DNA of 64,000 bases. Origin: Candidatus Binatia bacterium. Its GTDB lineage: Bacteria > Desulfobacterota > Binatia > UBA12015. The notes beneath the pieces were generated by a model. That model had not been told where the DNA came from. It ran no database searches and saw nothing but the letters and a program-made list of their open reading frames with translations. The stretch lies in assembly GCA_019749875.1 (NCBI GenBank), contig JAIEPK010000091.1:14398-78397 (forward strand), in the 5' to 3' direction. The position numbers were made by a program, and so were the translations under genes. This document shows, one piece after another, positions 17,779 through 26,275 of the stretch; position 1 is the stretch's first letter; each line of letters opens with the position of its first letter.

Positions 17779-19074
17779 GTGGGGGAAACAGTATGTGTAA
17801 CGGTGCCTCAAGGGCGCTACCGGCGGGTGCGGGTACGCATCTGGGGTGACGAGAAGTTCACCCATCTCAGTGAGCGGGCGAAGCTGATCTGGCTCTACCT
17901 TCTCACCAGCCCGCAGACGGTGGCTTTGCCCGGGCTGCTCCGGGCGGGCCCGATGGCCATGGCCGAAGAGATGCGTCTTGAGCCCGAGGACTTCCTTGCC
18001 GGGCTGAGCGAAGTGCAGACCGCTGGGTTGCGCGTCGAGCTCGATCGCCAGGCGCGAGTCGTCTGGATTCCTGGGGCCATCCGACACAACGAACCCGAGA
18101 ACCCGAACGTCGTCGCCGCGTGGAGACGCTCCCTTGATGAGATTCCAGAATGCGCGCTTCGCAATCGAGCAGTCGCCGAGATCGAGGCCTTCCTGCTCGA
18201 ACTCGGACCATCATGGGCTCGCGCGTGGTTCACGTTCGACGCGAGGCAGCCGCGTCCGAATCGGATCCCGTCGGATGTCGCCGCGGCGGTCCGCGCGCGC
18301 GATGGGGACGAGTGTCGGTACTGCGATGAGGCGGTCAACTGGCACGACCGCAAGAGTGGGGCTGGGGCCACCTTCGATCATGTCGACCCCGCCGGGCCGA
18401 CCAACGAGAGCAATCTCGTCGTCTCATGTCGATCCTGTAACTCCCGGAAATCACTCCGACTTCCAGAGCACGCAGGGATGCGCGACCCGCGTCCACTGAT
18501 CACTGATGGATCACTGATCAATCGCGGATCGACCACTTCAGGGATCAAGGTTCCGACCAGAAAACAGGATCAGGAACAGGATCAAGAGCAGGATCAGGAA
18601 TCAGAACCATCCGCGCTGCCGCGCGGGTCGTCCCCTCGCACCCTGTTCGACCCCGACGCCGAGCCGCACGAGCCACCAGCCGCCCCTACGAAGCCGCGTG
18701 CCGCGCGCAAGGCGAAGTCCGTTCGAGAGTCGTGGCTCACGCCGTTCAACGACGCGCACCGCGAAGTCCTCGGCGGCGACCTGAACTTCGGCCAGGCGGC
18801 GCAGGCGCTGAAGCCCGTCGTCGCCGCTCTCGGCCCGGAGAGGGCCCTCGCCTTCTGGCGGCACTACCTCGCCCAGACGGAGGCCCGCTTCGTCTCGGTC
18901 ACCAAGTTTGCGGAGAAGTTCAAGGCCTACGACCCGGCCCACGCGGGCCGCACCGGAGGAGCCCATGGCGGATCAGGTCATCGAGTTGGCGCAGCGCAGG
19001 CTGGAGCAGCGGCGGCAGGAGCAGGGAACCCGTGGGCAGCACTCCGCGGCGGGAGACAGGCCGCGGCCGGGTGA
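17779..19074 (+). CDS. Phage replication initiator with internal HNH domain
   Basis: N-terminal IWGDEKF..LS..AKLIWLYLLT; RDGDECRYC...DHVDP...NLVVSCRSCN; QDQE linker; coupled to a DnaC-like gene. Confidence 0.8.
   Translation: MGETVCVTVPQGRYRRVRVRIWGDEKFTHLSERAKLIWLYLLTSPQTVALPGLLRAGPMAMAEEMRLEPEDFLAGLSEVQTAGLRVELDRQARVVWIPGAIRHNEPENPNVVAAWRRSLDEIPECALRNRAVAEIEAFLLELGPSWARAWFTFDARQPRPNRIPSDVAAAVRARDGDECRYCDEAVNWHDRKSGAGATFDHVDPAGPTNESNLVVSCRSCNSRKSLRLPEHAGMRDPRPLITDGSLINRGSTTSGIKVPTRKQDQEQDQEQDQESEPSALPRGSSPRTLFDPDAEPHEPPAAPTKPRAARKAKSVRESWLTPFNDAHREVLGGDLNFGQAAQALKPVVAALGPERALAFWRHYLAQTEARFVSVTKFAEKFKAYDPAHAGRTGGAHGGSGHRVGAAQAGAAAAGAGNPWAALRGGRQAAAG
18494..18604 (+). repeat. Iteron-like repeats (candidate phage origin)
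   Basis: CACTGAT x3 (18494, 18501, 18512) and CAGGATCA x3 at 12-bp spacing (18565, 18577, 18589). Confidence 0.5.
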
Positions 19075-19852
19075 CGTCGCGATCGAGATCCTCGACCGCC
19101 TGCAGCGCTCGGCGAAGCGCTGGGCATGCCGCGCGTGCGGCGAGGAGCTCACGCAGGACGACCTCAACCGCCCGCTCGTCGGCGCGGTGACGGAGCCCGG
19201 CTTCTGCACCGCGTGCGTCCGTCGAGCGATCGAGCGCGGCCGCAAGCAGCGCGAGCGGAACATCGTGCCGGCGATGCGCGCCGCGGGGGCGAGCGTGTCG
19301 CACGCACAGGCGAAGCTCGCCGACTACGCTGCCCTGCCGCACGGGGCGTTCGCGGTCGGCGACCCGCCGGGCTTCACGAAGGGCCATCGCGGCTACCTGA
19401 TCTGCGGGCCGTGGGGCACCGGCAAGACACACCTCGCGTGCGCGCTGATGCGCGGGTTCCTGATCGCGGGCCACACGGCGCGGTACGTCACCGCGAAGAA
19501 GCTCCGCCGTGAGGTGAACCAGACCAACAGCGACAGGGCGTCGCGCACCGAGCAGCAGGTCATCGACGAGCTGTGCGGCTACGACCTGCTCGTCATCGAC
19601 GACCTCGGGAAGGAAGGCACGATGACGGACGCCCTTAAGTCGCTGATCCACGACGTGCTCTCCGAGCGCCTCGACAACCTGCGCCCGGTAGTCATCACGA
19701 CGAACTTGCCGTTGCGCGGCTTGACCACGGACGGCGTCTTCTACCCGGGCATCGCCGAGACCTACGACGGAGGCATCGCGAGCCGCCTCGAGTTCCTCGA
19801 GCAGGTCGTGATCGACGGCGAGGACCGCCGGCAAGCCGGGGGCGCGTCGTGA
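18965..19852 (+). CDS. DnaC/IstB-like AAA+ helicase loader
   Basis: CxxC pairs, Walker A GPWGTGKT, Walker B LLVIDDLGKE, ITTN; GGAGGA RBS. Confidence 0.92.
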   Translation: MADQVIELAQRRLEQRRQEQGTRGQHSAAGDRPRPGDVAIEILDRLQRSAKRWACRACGEELTQDDLNRPLVGAVTEPGFCTACVRRAIERGRKQRERNIVPAMRAAGASVSHAQAKLADYAALPHGAFAVGDPPGFTKGHRGYLICGPWGTGKTHLACALMRGFLIAGHTARYVTAKKLRREVNQTNSDRASRTEQQVIDELCGYDLLVIDDLGKEGTMTDALKSLIHDVLSERLDNLRPVVITTNLPLRGLTTDGVFYPGIAETYDGGIASRLEFLEQVVIDGEDRRQAGGAS

Positions 19853-20022
19853 CCGGCGGGCGTGTGCCGGCACGGGGCACCGATCACGAGGACCGGAGCG
19901 AGCGGCACAACCTGCTCCAGGAGCTCGAGCGCCTGATCGAGCTGCGCCAGCGCCTCGGCGTTTCGGCGCGGCAGCAGGCGGAGGACGTCATGGCGGTGCT
20001 CCGCCGCCGGGGCGTCGCGTGA
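19849..20022 (+). CDS. Small hypothetical phage protein
   Basis: GTGA overlaps at both ends; helical composition. Confidence 0.55.
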   Translation: MTGGRVPARGTDHEDRSERHNLLQELERLIELRQRLGVSARQQAEDVMAVLRRRGVA

Positions 20023-20285
20023 AGCGCTACACGCAGAAGTCCTGGGCGTTGGTCGAGCGCCGCTTCGCGACGACGCTCCGCTGCTTCCCGATGCTCAGCC
20101 GTCGCATCTCGATGGCGCGGGCGGCGCTGAATCTTTCATGCGTGCGCTTCGCCGAGGCCGTGCGGCTCGACGTCGTGGTGCTGCGCGCGATCGAGGCCGG
20201 ACGTGCGTCACCGACGCGAGACACGCTGGCCGACATCTCGGCCTTCACCGGGCGGCCCCTCGGGTGGTTCGGGGGTCGCGGGTGA
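20019..20285 (+). CDS. XRE-family HTH protein
   Basis: ARAALNLS..RFAEAV.....LRAIEAGRASP...LADIS pattern. Confidence 0.75.
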   Translation: MKRYTQKSWALVERRFATTLRCFPMLSRRISMARAALNLSCVRFAEAVRLDVVVLRAIEAGRASPTRDTLADISAFTGRPLGWFGGRG

Positions 20286-20938
20286 AGCGCCAGCGCTACC
20301 TCGTCGAGCTCGAGGACCGCACCGGGAAGCGCTCGAGCGTCTGCCGGTCCGACAGCCGCGTCGCCGCGGAGGCGGTCGCGAAGGCGCAGCGGCGCTTCGG
20401 GCTCGCAGAGCTCATCGACACGGAGACAGGCGAGGTCCTGCTCTCCCTCACACCCGCCGGATGGCGGGGGAAAGACGGAACGGATGCCGACCAAGAAAAA
20501 GACACCCGAGCAGCGCGCGGACAACATCGTCAAGTCGCTCGTCCAGGGCCTGGGCCCCGACGATCGGAAGCACGTCCACGAGGGGATGCGCGTCCTGCTG
20601 AAGCGGATCGCGACGGACGAGATCAAGCACGCGGTCGCGGACGCGACGGCGGAGTAGCGCAGCCGGCAGCGCCGGGTGTCGACGACGATGTCGAGGCCCG
20701 GCGCAAGGCCGCGTGGGACGCAGCACGGCGCGCTGGGTGGCGCGGCGAGCTCGATCCCGAGGTGCGGGAGAAGCTCGGCCCGCCCTGTCAAGCCAAGGAC
20801 TGCGGATACCCGCAGCGAATGCACGTTCACGAACGCGGGCGCCGCTGGACCTGGTGCGTGCCGGACTCCGGCTGCGGCATGTTCATCGGGGAGCGCGCTC
20901 AGGGGGTGGGGGTTGAAGGGGAAAGCAAAGCGGCGTAG
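20282..20938 (+). CDS. Hypothetical protein (possibly composite; contains a nested ORF)
   Basis: GTGA coupling; protein-like N- and C-terminal thirds with a low-complexity middle. Confidence 0.4.
   Translation: MKRQRYLVELEDRTGKRSSVCRSDSRVAAEAVAKAQRRFGLAELIDTETGEVLLSLTPAGWRGKDGTDADQEKDTRAARGQHRQVARPGPGPRRSEARPRGDARPAEADRDGRDQARGRGRDGGVAQPAAPGVDDDVEARRKAAWDAARRAGWRGELDPEVREKLGPPCQAKDCGYPQRMHVHERGRRWTWCVPDSGCGMFIGERAQGVGVEGESKAA
20484..20657 (+). CDS. Small helical protein nested in another frame
   Basis: MPTKKKTPEQRADNIVKSLVQGLGPDDRKHVHEGMRVLLKRIATDEIKHAVADATAE with typical high-GC3 codons. Confidence 0.6.
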   Translation: MPTKKKTPEQRADNIVKSLVQGLGPDDRKHVHEGMRVLLKRIATDEIKHAVADATAE

Positions 20939-21464
20939 CGCCGCACGCTCGGCGGTCCGGCGGCGCGTGAAGCGCCCGACGACCATCGTGGCGAAGCGAG
21001 AGTCTGGTCCGGGCGTGGTCGACACGCCAAGTCGCAGCGTCGCGACTCTGCAGATCGGCAGCAAGCCGGTACGCGCGCTGAGCGTCGAGCTCGATCTCGG
21101 CGCGGCGTTCGGGCCGGACGCACCGACGCACGAGAATGCGGCCGGCGGCAGGCAGTCGGTGTCGCCATGCGCGCTTGATGTCGTCCCGCTCGCGCTGTTG
21201 CGCGTCGGCCGGGTGCTCTTCTCGGGAGAGACGAAGAACGAGGACGAGCGGCAGCTGGTCGGTCGCGAGAACTGGCGGAAGATCACGTCGCGCGAGCACG
21301 CGCGGCACATGCTCAACCACCTGATCCTGTACCTCGTCGGCGATCGGTCCGACGACCACATCGAGCACGCCGTCGCGCGCGGGCTGTTCATCATCGAGCG
21401 CGACCAGGAGCCGCAGCGCGTTCTCGGCTGGTTCGCCGATCGCCTGCACGGGAGGTCCCGTTGA
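20913..21464 (+). CDS. dATP/dGTP diphosphohydrolase-like (DUF5664) protein
   Basis: GGRQS...LDVVP.ALLRVGRVL..G..K...NWRKI...H..HML.HL..YL.GD.SDDH..HA..R pattern; start uncertain. Confidence 0.65.
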   Translation: MKGKAKRRSAARSAVRRRVKRPTTIVAKRESGPGVVDTPSRSVATLQIGSKPVRALSVELDLGAAFGPDAPTHENAAGGRQSVSPCALDVVPLALLRVGRVLFSGETKNEDERQLVGRENWRKITSREHARHMLNHLILYLVGDRSDDHIEHAVARGLFIIERDQEPQRVLGWFADRLHGRSR

Positions 21465-21961
21465 AGCTCCCTATCCCTGACTGGCTGATCGACGCGATCG
21501 TGCGCCGCGCGAAGCGTCGGCCGTACGCGCACTTGACGGGATACATGGAGCGGTACTGGCTGTTCCGCACCCGGTGGCTCGCGTGCCGGCTGCACGTGAT
21601 CCTGCGCAGCGACGACGATCGTGCGCTGCACGATCACCCGTGGGACTACGCGACCGTGATCCTGCGGGGCGGCTACACCGAGATCACGCCGAACCCGTTC
21701 CGGCTCTGGGACGAGCCGTGGCGGCCGATCGCGCAGCGTCGCGAGCGGATCGAGCCCGGCCGCGTGCTGTTCCGCCGTGTCGAGTCGCTGCACCGGCTCG
21801 AGGTTCCGGATGGCTCGACCTGCTTGACGATGTTCTTCACCCGCCCCAAGCGCCGCACGTGGGGCTTCCAGACGCCGCAAGGGTGGGTGAGTCACCACGA
21901 CTACGAGCGGATGATCGCGGGCGGCGTGATCCCGCACGCGAGGCGGAAGGTGGCGTCATGA
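21461..21961 (+). CDS. Phage cupin-like protein
   Basis: RLHVILRSDDDRALHDHPW...VILRGGYTE and HRLE motifs. Confidence 0.7.
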   Translation: MKLPIPDWLIDAIVRRAKRRPYAHLTGYMERYWLFRTRWLACRLHVILRSDDDRALHDHPWDYATVILRGGYTEITPNPFRLWDEPWRPIAQRRERIEPGRVLFRRVESLHRLEVPDGSTCLTMFFTRPKRRTWGFQTPQGWVSHHDYERMIAGGVIPHARRKVAS

Positions 21962-22542
21962 CCCGGCTATCCTGCGGCTGCACCGAGCACGGCGGTGTGA
22001 TCTTTACGGCGGGTCCCCGCGCCTACATGCACGGGCACCAGCGCGGCAGCGACGCCGCGATGGCGACCGAGCCGACGGAGCCCCGGCCCGCCGAGCCGCG
22101 CTGCCGGGCGCGCAGCTACTTCTGGGGCTCGTACTACGACTGCGCGCTCCCGAAGGGCCACGCGGACGCGCACGACAGCTACCCCGGCGGCGGCCCGTTT
22201 GGCCAGTGGCGCGAGCAATGGACCGACGACGAAGTCACTGCGGAGGTGATGACGGACGGCTCGCCGAAGCCGGAGGCATCGGCAGCGCCGCCAGTCGCCC
22301 CCGCGCCCTTCGACGAGATGGAGCGCGGCCGGTGCGGCTCGTGCCGGTGGTGGAACCGTATCGAGTCGCGTCGCTACGGGGATTGCACGAACTCGCTTGT
22401 GGCTGACGGCTGCGATTCGGCCTTTCGCGGAGTCACGAACGCCGCGGTCCTGGGCCGTCTGCGCACCGGCGACCGCTTCGGCTGCGTCCACTGGCACGGC
22501 GACGACTGCCCGACGTGTGGCGAGCCGCGGAGGCCGAAGTGA
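21958..22542 (+). CDS. Cys/His-rich hypothetical protein
   Basis: ATGA coupling; CALPKGH..AH, CGSCRWW, FGCVHW and CPTC motifs. Confidence 0.65.
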   Translation: MTRLSCGCTEHGGVIFTAGPRAYMHGHQRGSDAAMATEPTEPRPAEPRCRARSYFWGSYYDCALPKGHADAHDSYPGGGPFGQWREQWTDDEVTAEVMTDGSPKPEASAAPPVAPAPFDEMERGRCGSCRWWNRIESRRYGDCTNSLVADGCDSAFRGVTNAAVLGRLRTGDRFGCVHWHGDDCPTCGEPRRPK

Positions 22543-23408
22543 GCCCAATCGATCCGGAGGAGGTGCGGCGGCGGTTGGGAGATGCCCACGACTTCCGTGA
22601 TCGCCCGATCCACGCCGCCGCCCGAGAGTGGCTGCGCATGCAGGAGCATATCGTGCTGGACTGCGGCAGCAACAGTTGCCGCTTCGCCGCAACGAAGGGC
22701 GGGATGCGCACGAACGGCGGGTGCCGCTGCTTCGAGCGCGCCGGGTTCGGTCCGAGTGCCGTGCAGGCCGCGTATCAGATGCTGCCCGAGATCGCGCGGC
22801 TACGCGCAGCCATGCAGGAGCAGGGCGCGCCCGTCGACGACGAGTTCCCCGAACCTGATCCGGTCGCGCCAGGCATGCAGTATGACAATGCGATGCGGCT
22901 CGCGCTGGCCGTGCGTGACGCCTACACGGCGGCACTCGATTGCAGCGAGGACGGCGCCGAACCGACGCTGGACCTCAGCGGGATTGTCGATCGCCACCTC
23001 CGCGAGCAGCAGGCCGCGCCCACCGTGCAGGAGAAGTCGGGCATCCGGGACGTGATCGACCGCCGGGATCGTGAGGAGTTGATCGCGCACCTGGCGACGC
23101 TGGCGCCCGACGTGCAGGCGCAATGTCGTTTCGAGAACGGACGAGACGAGTGCCTTACGCACGCGGGTGGGCTGTTTGTCGGTTTTCGCCACGGGACGCG
23201 ACCGATTTGCACCCACGGCATCGACAGCGACGTACAGGCGCAGATCGACGCGGCGGTCGCGAAGGAGCGGGACGAGGACAGCGCCCGCGTAATGGCGGCT
23301 TCGCTACGGGAGGAGCAAGTCGAGGGCAGGACCGCACTCGTCCTGTTCGCCGACAAGATCCGCGCCCGCAGCGGCCTCGAACGCATCGAGCCACGGAGGC
23401 CGAAGTGA
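22539..23408 (+). CDS. Mosaic hypothetical early protein
   Basis: GGAGG RBS with GTGA coupling; GGMRTNGGCRC motif; repeated DVQAQ. Confidence 0.65.
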   Translation: MSPIDPEEVRRRLGDAHDFRDRPIHAAAREWLRMQEHIVLDCGSNSCRFAATKGGMRTNGGCRCFERAGFGPSAVQAAYQMLPEIARLRAAMQEQGAPVDDEFPEPDPVAPGMQYDNAMRLALAVRDAYTAALDCSEDGAEPTLDLSGIVDRHLREQQAAPTVQEKSGIRDVIDRRDREELIAHLATLAPDVQAQCRFENGRDECLTHAGGLFVGFRHGTRPICTHGIDSDVQAQIDAAVAKERDEDSARVMAASLREEQVEGRTALVLFADKIRARSGLERIEPRRPK

Positions 23409-23653
23409 TCGCCGCGTCGCCGGTCGTCAAGCGCTACGAGGTCCGTTGCGCGTTCGCGGCACACGGCACCAGGGGGAGTCATCGCTCGCGCTTCACGCGC
23501 TTCTATATCTGGGCGCTGATCCACTTCCTGTTCGACGGCTGCGTGCGGCAGATCGTCGACCACCAACGCCGGACCGTGAGCGGGCACTGGTTCGCGCCGG
23601 GAGACTGCCGGTACGACCGGCGCGAGCCGCGAGACGAACGAGGTCGCGCGTGA
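23405..23653 (+). CDS. Hypothetical protein
   Basis: GGAGG RBS; coupled to both neighbours. Confidence 0.55.
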   Translation: MIAASPVVKRYEVRCAFAAHGTRGSHRSRFTRFYIWALIHFLFDGCVRQIVDHQRRTVSGHWFAPGDCRYDRREPRDERGRA

Positions 23654-24153
23654 TGCCGTCATGCCGACGCTGCAAGGGGCCCGTCGATCCGCCGCGCAGG
23701 AGCTGGTGCAGCCAGGACTGCGTCGATGCCTTCCTGTTCGAGCGGCACCAGTCGGTGCGGCGCGCGAGGGTCAAGGAGCGCGATCAGGGCGTCTGCGCCG
23801 AGTGCGGTCTCGACACGGTGGCGTTCTGCCGGGCACTTCGCCGGCTCGAGCGCGGCTTCGTCCCGCCTGGACGAAGCTACGGCCGCACGCGCGGCCTGAT
23901 CCGAGGCCGGCAGTGGATTCGCGCGCGCGAGATCCGGCGCGCGCTCCGCATCCCGTCACACCGCTTCGCCGACCTCTGGGACGCAGACCACATCATGCCG
24001 CAAGTCGAGGGAGGGCCGCAGACAATGGAGAACCTGCGGACGCTCTGCATCTGGTGCCACCGACGCGCGACGGCTGAGCTGCACGCGCGACTCGCACGGC
24101 GCCGCAGAGAAGGGAAACGCGGCGTGGCGCCGCAGCTGTCACTGGCGGTCTGA
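23653..24153 (+). CDS. HNH endonuclease
   Basis: CRRC..WCSQDC, RDQGVCAECG and DADHI.P..EGG....NLRTLC..CH motifs. Confidence 0.88.
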   Translation: MPSCRRCKGPVDPPRRSWCSQDCVDAFLFERHQSVRRARVKERDQGVCAECGLDTVAFCRALRRLERGFVPPGRSYGRTRGLIRGRQWIRAREIRRALRIPSHRFADLWDADHIMPQVEGGPQTMENLRTLCIWCHRRATAELHARLARRRREGKRGVAPQLSLAV

Positions 24154-24620
24154 TGGGCCGCGCAGCGCGCCCGCGGCAGTTCAAGCTCGGGCGCATCGGG
24201 AGAGGAGCCAGGGTGGGGAGAGACGCGAACCACAGGATGATCCAGGGGCGCTTCGAGAAGGAGCACCTCGCGTCGACGGCGGATCTGTCCGGCGTCGGCA
24301 AGGGCGTGCCCGACATCGTCGTCGGGTACTGCGGCTTGACGACGCTCGTCGAGATCAAGCTGCCCGAGGGTAGGCGCGGCGGCACGGCGTTCTCGAAGCT
24401 GAACCACCGACAGGTCGGCTTCCACAGCAAGTGGCGCGGTATGACGCCGTTCGTCGCGCGCACGGATGCCGACGTCGACGCGATAGCCGCTCGCATAGAG
24501 CGTCTCGGCGCCGTGATGCGCGAGATCGAGTCCCTCCCCGATGACGAGCTCGAGTCGCTCGCTCTCGAGCTGCGCCAGCGATTCCGCGAGGGGCCTTCCG
24601 CTTCAAGCCTGTCGGCCTAA
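24153..24620 (+). CDS. VRR-NUC-like PD-(D/E)xK nuclease / resolvase
   Basis: RDANH, GKGVPDIVVG...LVEIK and Q..FH..W motifs. Confidence 0.8.
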   Translation: MGRAARPRQFKLGRIGRGARVGRDANHRMIQGRFEKEHLASTADLSGVGKGVPDIVVGYCGLTTLVEIKLPEGRRGGTAFSKLNHRQVGFHSKWRGMTPFVARTDADVDAIAARIERLGAVMREIESLPDDELESLALELRQRFREGPSASSLSA

Positions 24621-24766
24621 CCTCGGGTCGCGGGTGGGGGGACGGCGTTGCCTTTGACCGGCCGCGCCGACAGGCGTTCTTGACTGGACGCTCCCCCCTG
24701 CTGTCCCGCACCAAGACCCATGCGCCGTTCCCATGCCCCGAACCATCGACCACGGAGAACGAGCGC

Positions 24767-25075
24767 GTGACCCTGGAGTGGCACCTTTCCAACGTACCCT
24801 TCGACGCGACGGAAGAGCAGATCGAAGCCTTCGTCGCGCAGTCCGGAGTCCTGGTGGGGCCGGTCCGGATGCTACACAACCCCGACGGCGAGTTCCGCGG
24901 GTACTGCTTCGTGCGCATCGACGTGGACGGCGGCGCGATAGAGATGGAGGCCGCGCGGCGCTCGATCTACGGTCAGCGCATCGCGACCCCTCGCAAGCCG
25001 AAGGGTCTGAAGATCAACGTCGAGGTCGCGCGCATGCGCCGGCAGCCGCCGGAGCGGCGCCCCGAGGCAGCCTGA
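24767..25075 (+). CDS. RNA-recognition-motif (RRM) protein
   Basis: RNP2-like WHLSNVPFDATEEQI, RNP1 RGYCFVRI, C-terminal INVEVAR; GGAG upstream of GTG. Confidence 0.8.
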   Translation: MTLEWHLSNVPFDATEEQIEAFVAQSGVLVGPVRMLHNPDGEFRGYCFVRIDVDGGAIEMEAARRSIYGQRIATPRKPKGLKINVEVARMRRQPPERRPEAA

Positions 25076-25079
25076 CTCG

Positions 25080-25655
25080 ATGCATCTTCGCGACCGCGTA
25101 CGCGAGCTGCGCCTCGTCCCGGCGGGCGAGCTCCGGCGGAACGAGAAGAACTGGCGTCGCCACCCACAGCGCCAGCGCGACGCGCTCTCGGCGGTGCTGC
25201 GCGAGATCGGGTACGCCGGCGCGGTACTGGCGTACGAGGCCGGCGACGAGCTGAAGCTGATCGACGGCCACCTGCGCGTCGACGAGGCCGGCGAGGACGA
25301 CGTGCCCGTGCTGGTCGTCGACCTGACCGAGGCCGAGGCCGATCGCCTGCTCGCCATCTACGACCCGCTCGGGGCGATGGCGGAGACCGACCGCGTGAAG
25401 CTCGCCGGGCTGCTCAACGAGGCGGACCAGTCGATCACCAGCCTCATCCACGACCTCGACCCCGCCGGAGGGGCGGAGCCGAAGGGTGGTGGCGGGAAGC
25501 GCCCAGCGCCGATGCTCAAGTTCGGCGACACGCAAGTCGCCCTCACTGAGGGCGAGGCCGATTCGCTGCGCCAGCTCTCGTCCGACTACCGGCAGCAGCA
25601 CGGCTCGACGATCGGCTTCTGGGGCTGGCTCGCGAGCCACGCGGGTCTCGCGTGA
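25080..25655 (+). CDS. ParB/Srx N-terminal-domain protein
   Basis: N.KNWRRH...Q...L...L.EIGY, LIDGHLR and VPVLVVDLTEAEA motifs. Confidence 0.85.
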   Translation: MHLRDRVRELRLVPAGELRRNEKNWRRHPQRQRDALSAVLREIGYAGAVLAYEAGDELKLIDGHLRVDEAGEDDVPVLVVDLTEAEADRLLAIYDPLGAMAETDRVKLAGLLNEADQSITSLIHDLDPAGGAEPKGGGGKRPAPMLKFGDTQVALTEGEADSLRQLSSDYRQQHGSTIGFWGWLASHAGLA

Positions 25656-26275
25656 CGCGCAACCGCATCAAGTACCTGCGGCGCGTGCGCGCGTCCGAGC
25701 TGCTCCGTGACCCGGCGAACTACCGCCGCCACACCACGGCGCAGAAGAGCGCGCTCGCGGCCGTCTTCGAGGAGTTCGGTTTCGCCGGTGCCGCGATCGC
25801 GCGCGAGACGCCCGAAGGCCTCCTGCTCATCGACGGGCACTTGCGCGCGGACGAGGCGGGCGACGCCGAGATCCCTGTCCTGGTGCTTGACGTCACCGAG
25901 GCGGAGGCAAAGACGCTTCTCGCCGTGCTCGACCCGCTCGCTGACATGGCAGAGCTCGACCACGACGCGCTGTCGCGCCTGGTCGAGGGCATGGCGTTCG
26001 ACTCCGATGCCATCACGAAGCTCCTCGCGGACCTGCTCGGATCGACCCCCGGTGGCGCCGCCACGCCCGAGAAGGGCGAGGAGGAACCGTTCGTGCTCCT
26101 GCGGCATCGCAGCCGCCGGAAGTTCCCGGCCACGCAGGCTGAGATTCACGCGCTCTGGGCGGCGCTCAACTGGTACGTCGACACGAACACCAGGCCCGAG
26201 GGCTTCGTCAGTTGGCTGCTCGAGCGTGCCCGCGCGACCGGGTCTCTCGCGGCGCAGGCATCTCCTCCACGGTGA
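25652..26275 (+). CDS. ParB/Srx N-terminal-domain protein (paralogue)
   Basis: PANYRRH, LLIDGHLR and IPVLVLDVTEAEA..LLA..DPL..MAE motifs. Confidence 0.85.
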   Translation: MTRNRIKYLRRVRASELLRDPANYRRHTTAQKSALAAVFEEFGFAGAAIARETPEGLLLIDGHLRADEAGDAEIPVLVLDVTEAEAKTLLAVLDPLADMAELDHDALSRLVEGMAFDSDAITKLLADLLGSTPGGAATPEKGEEEPFVLLRHRSRRKFPATQAEIHALWAALNWYVDTNTRPEGFVSWLLERARATGSLAAQASPPR

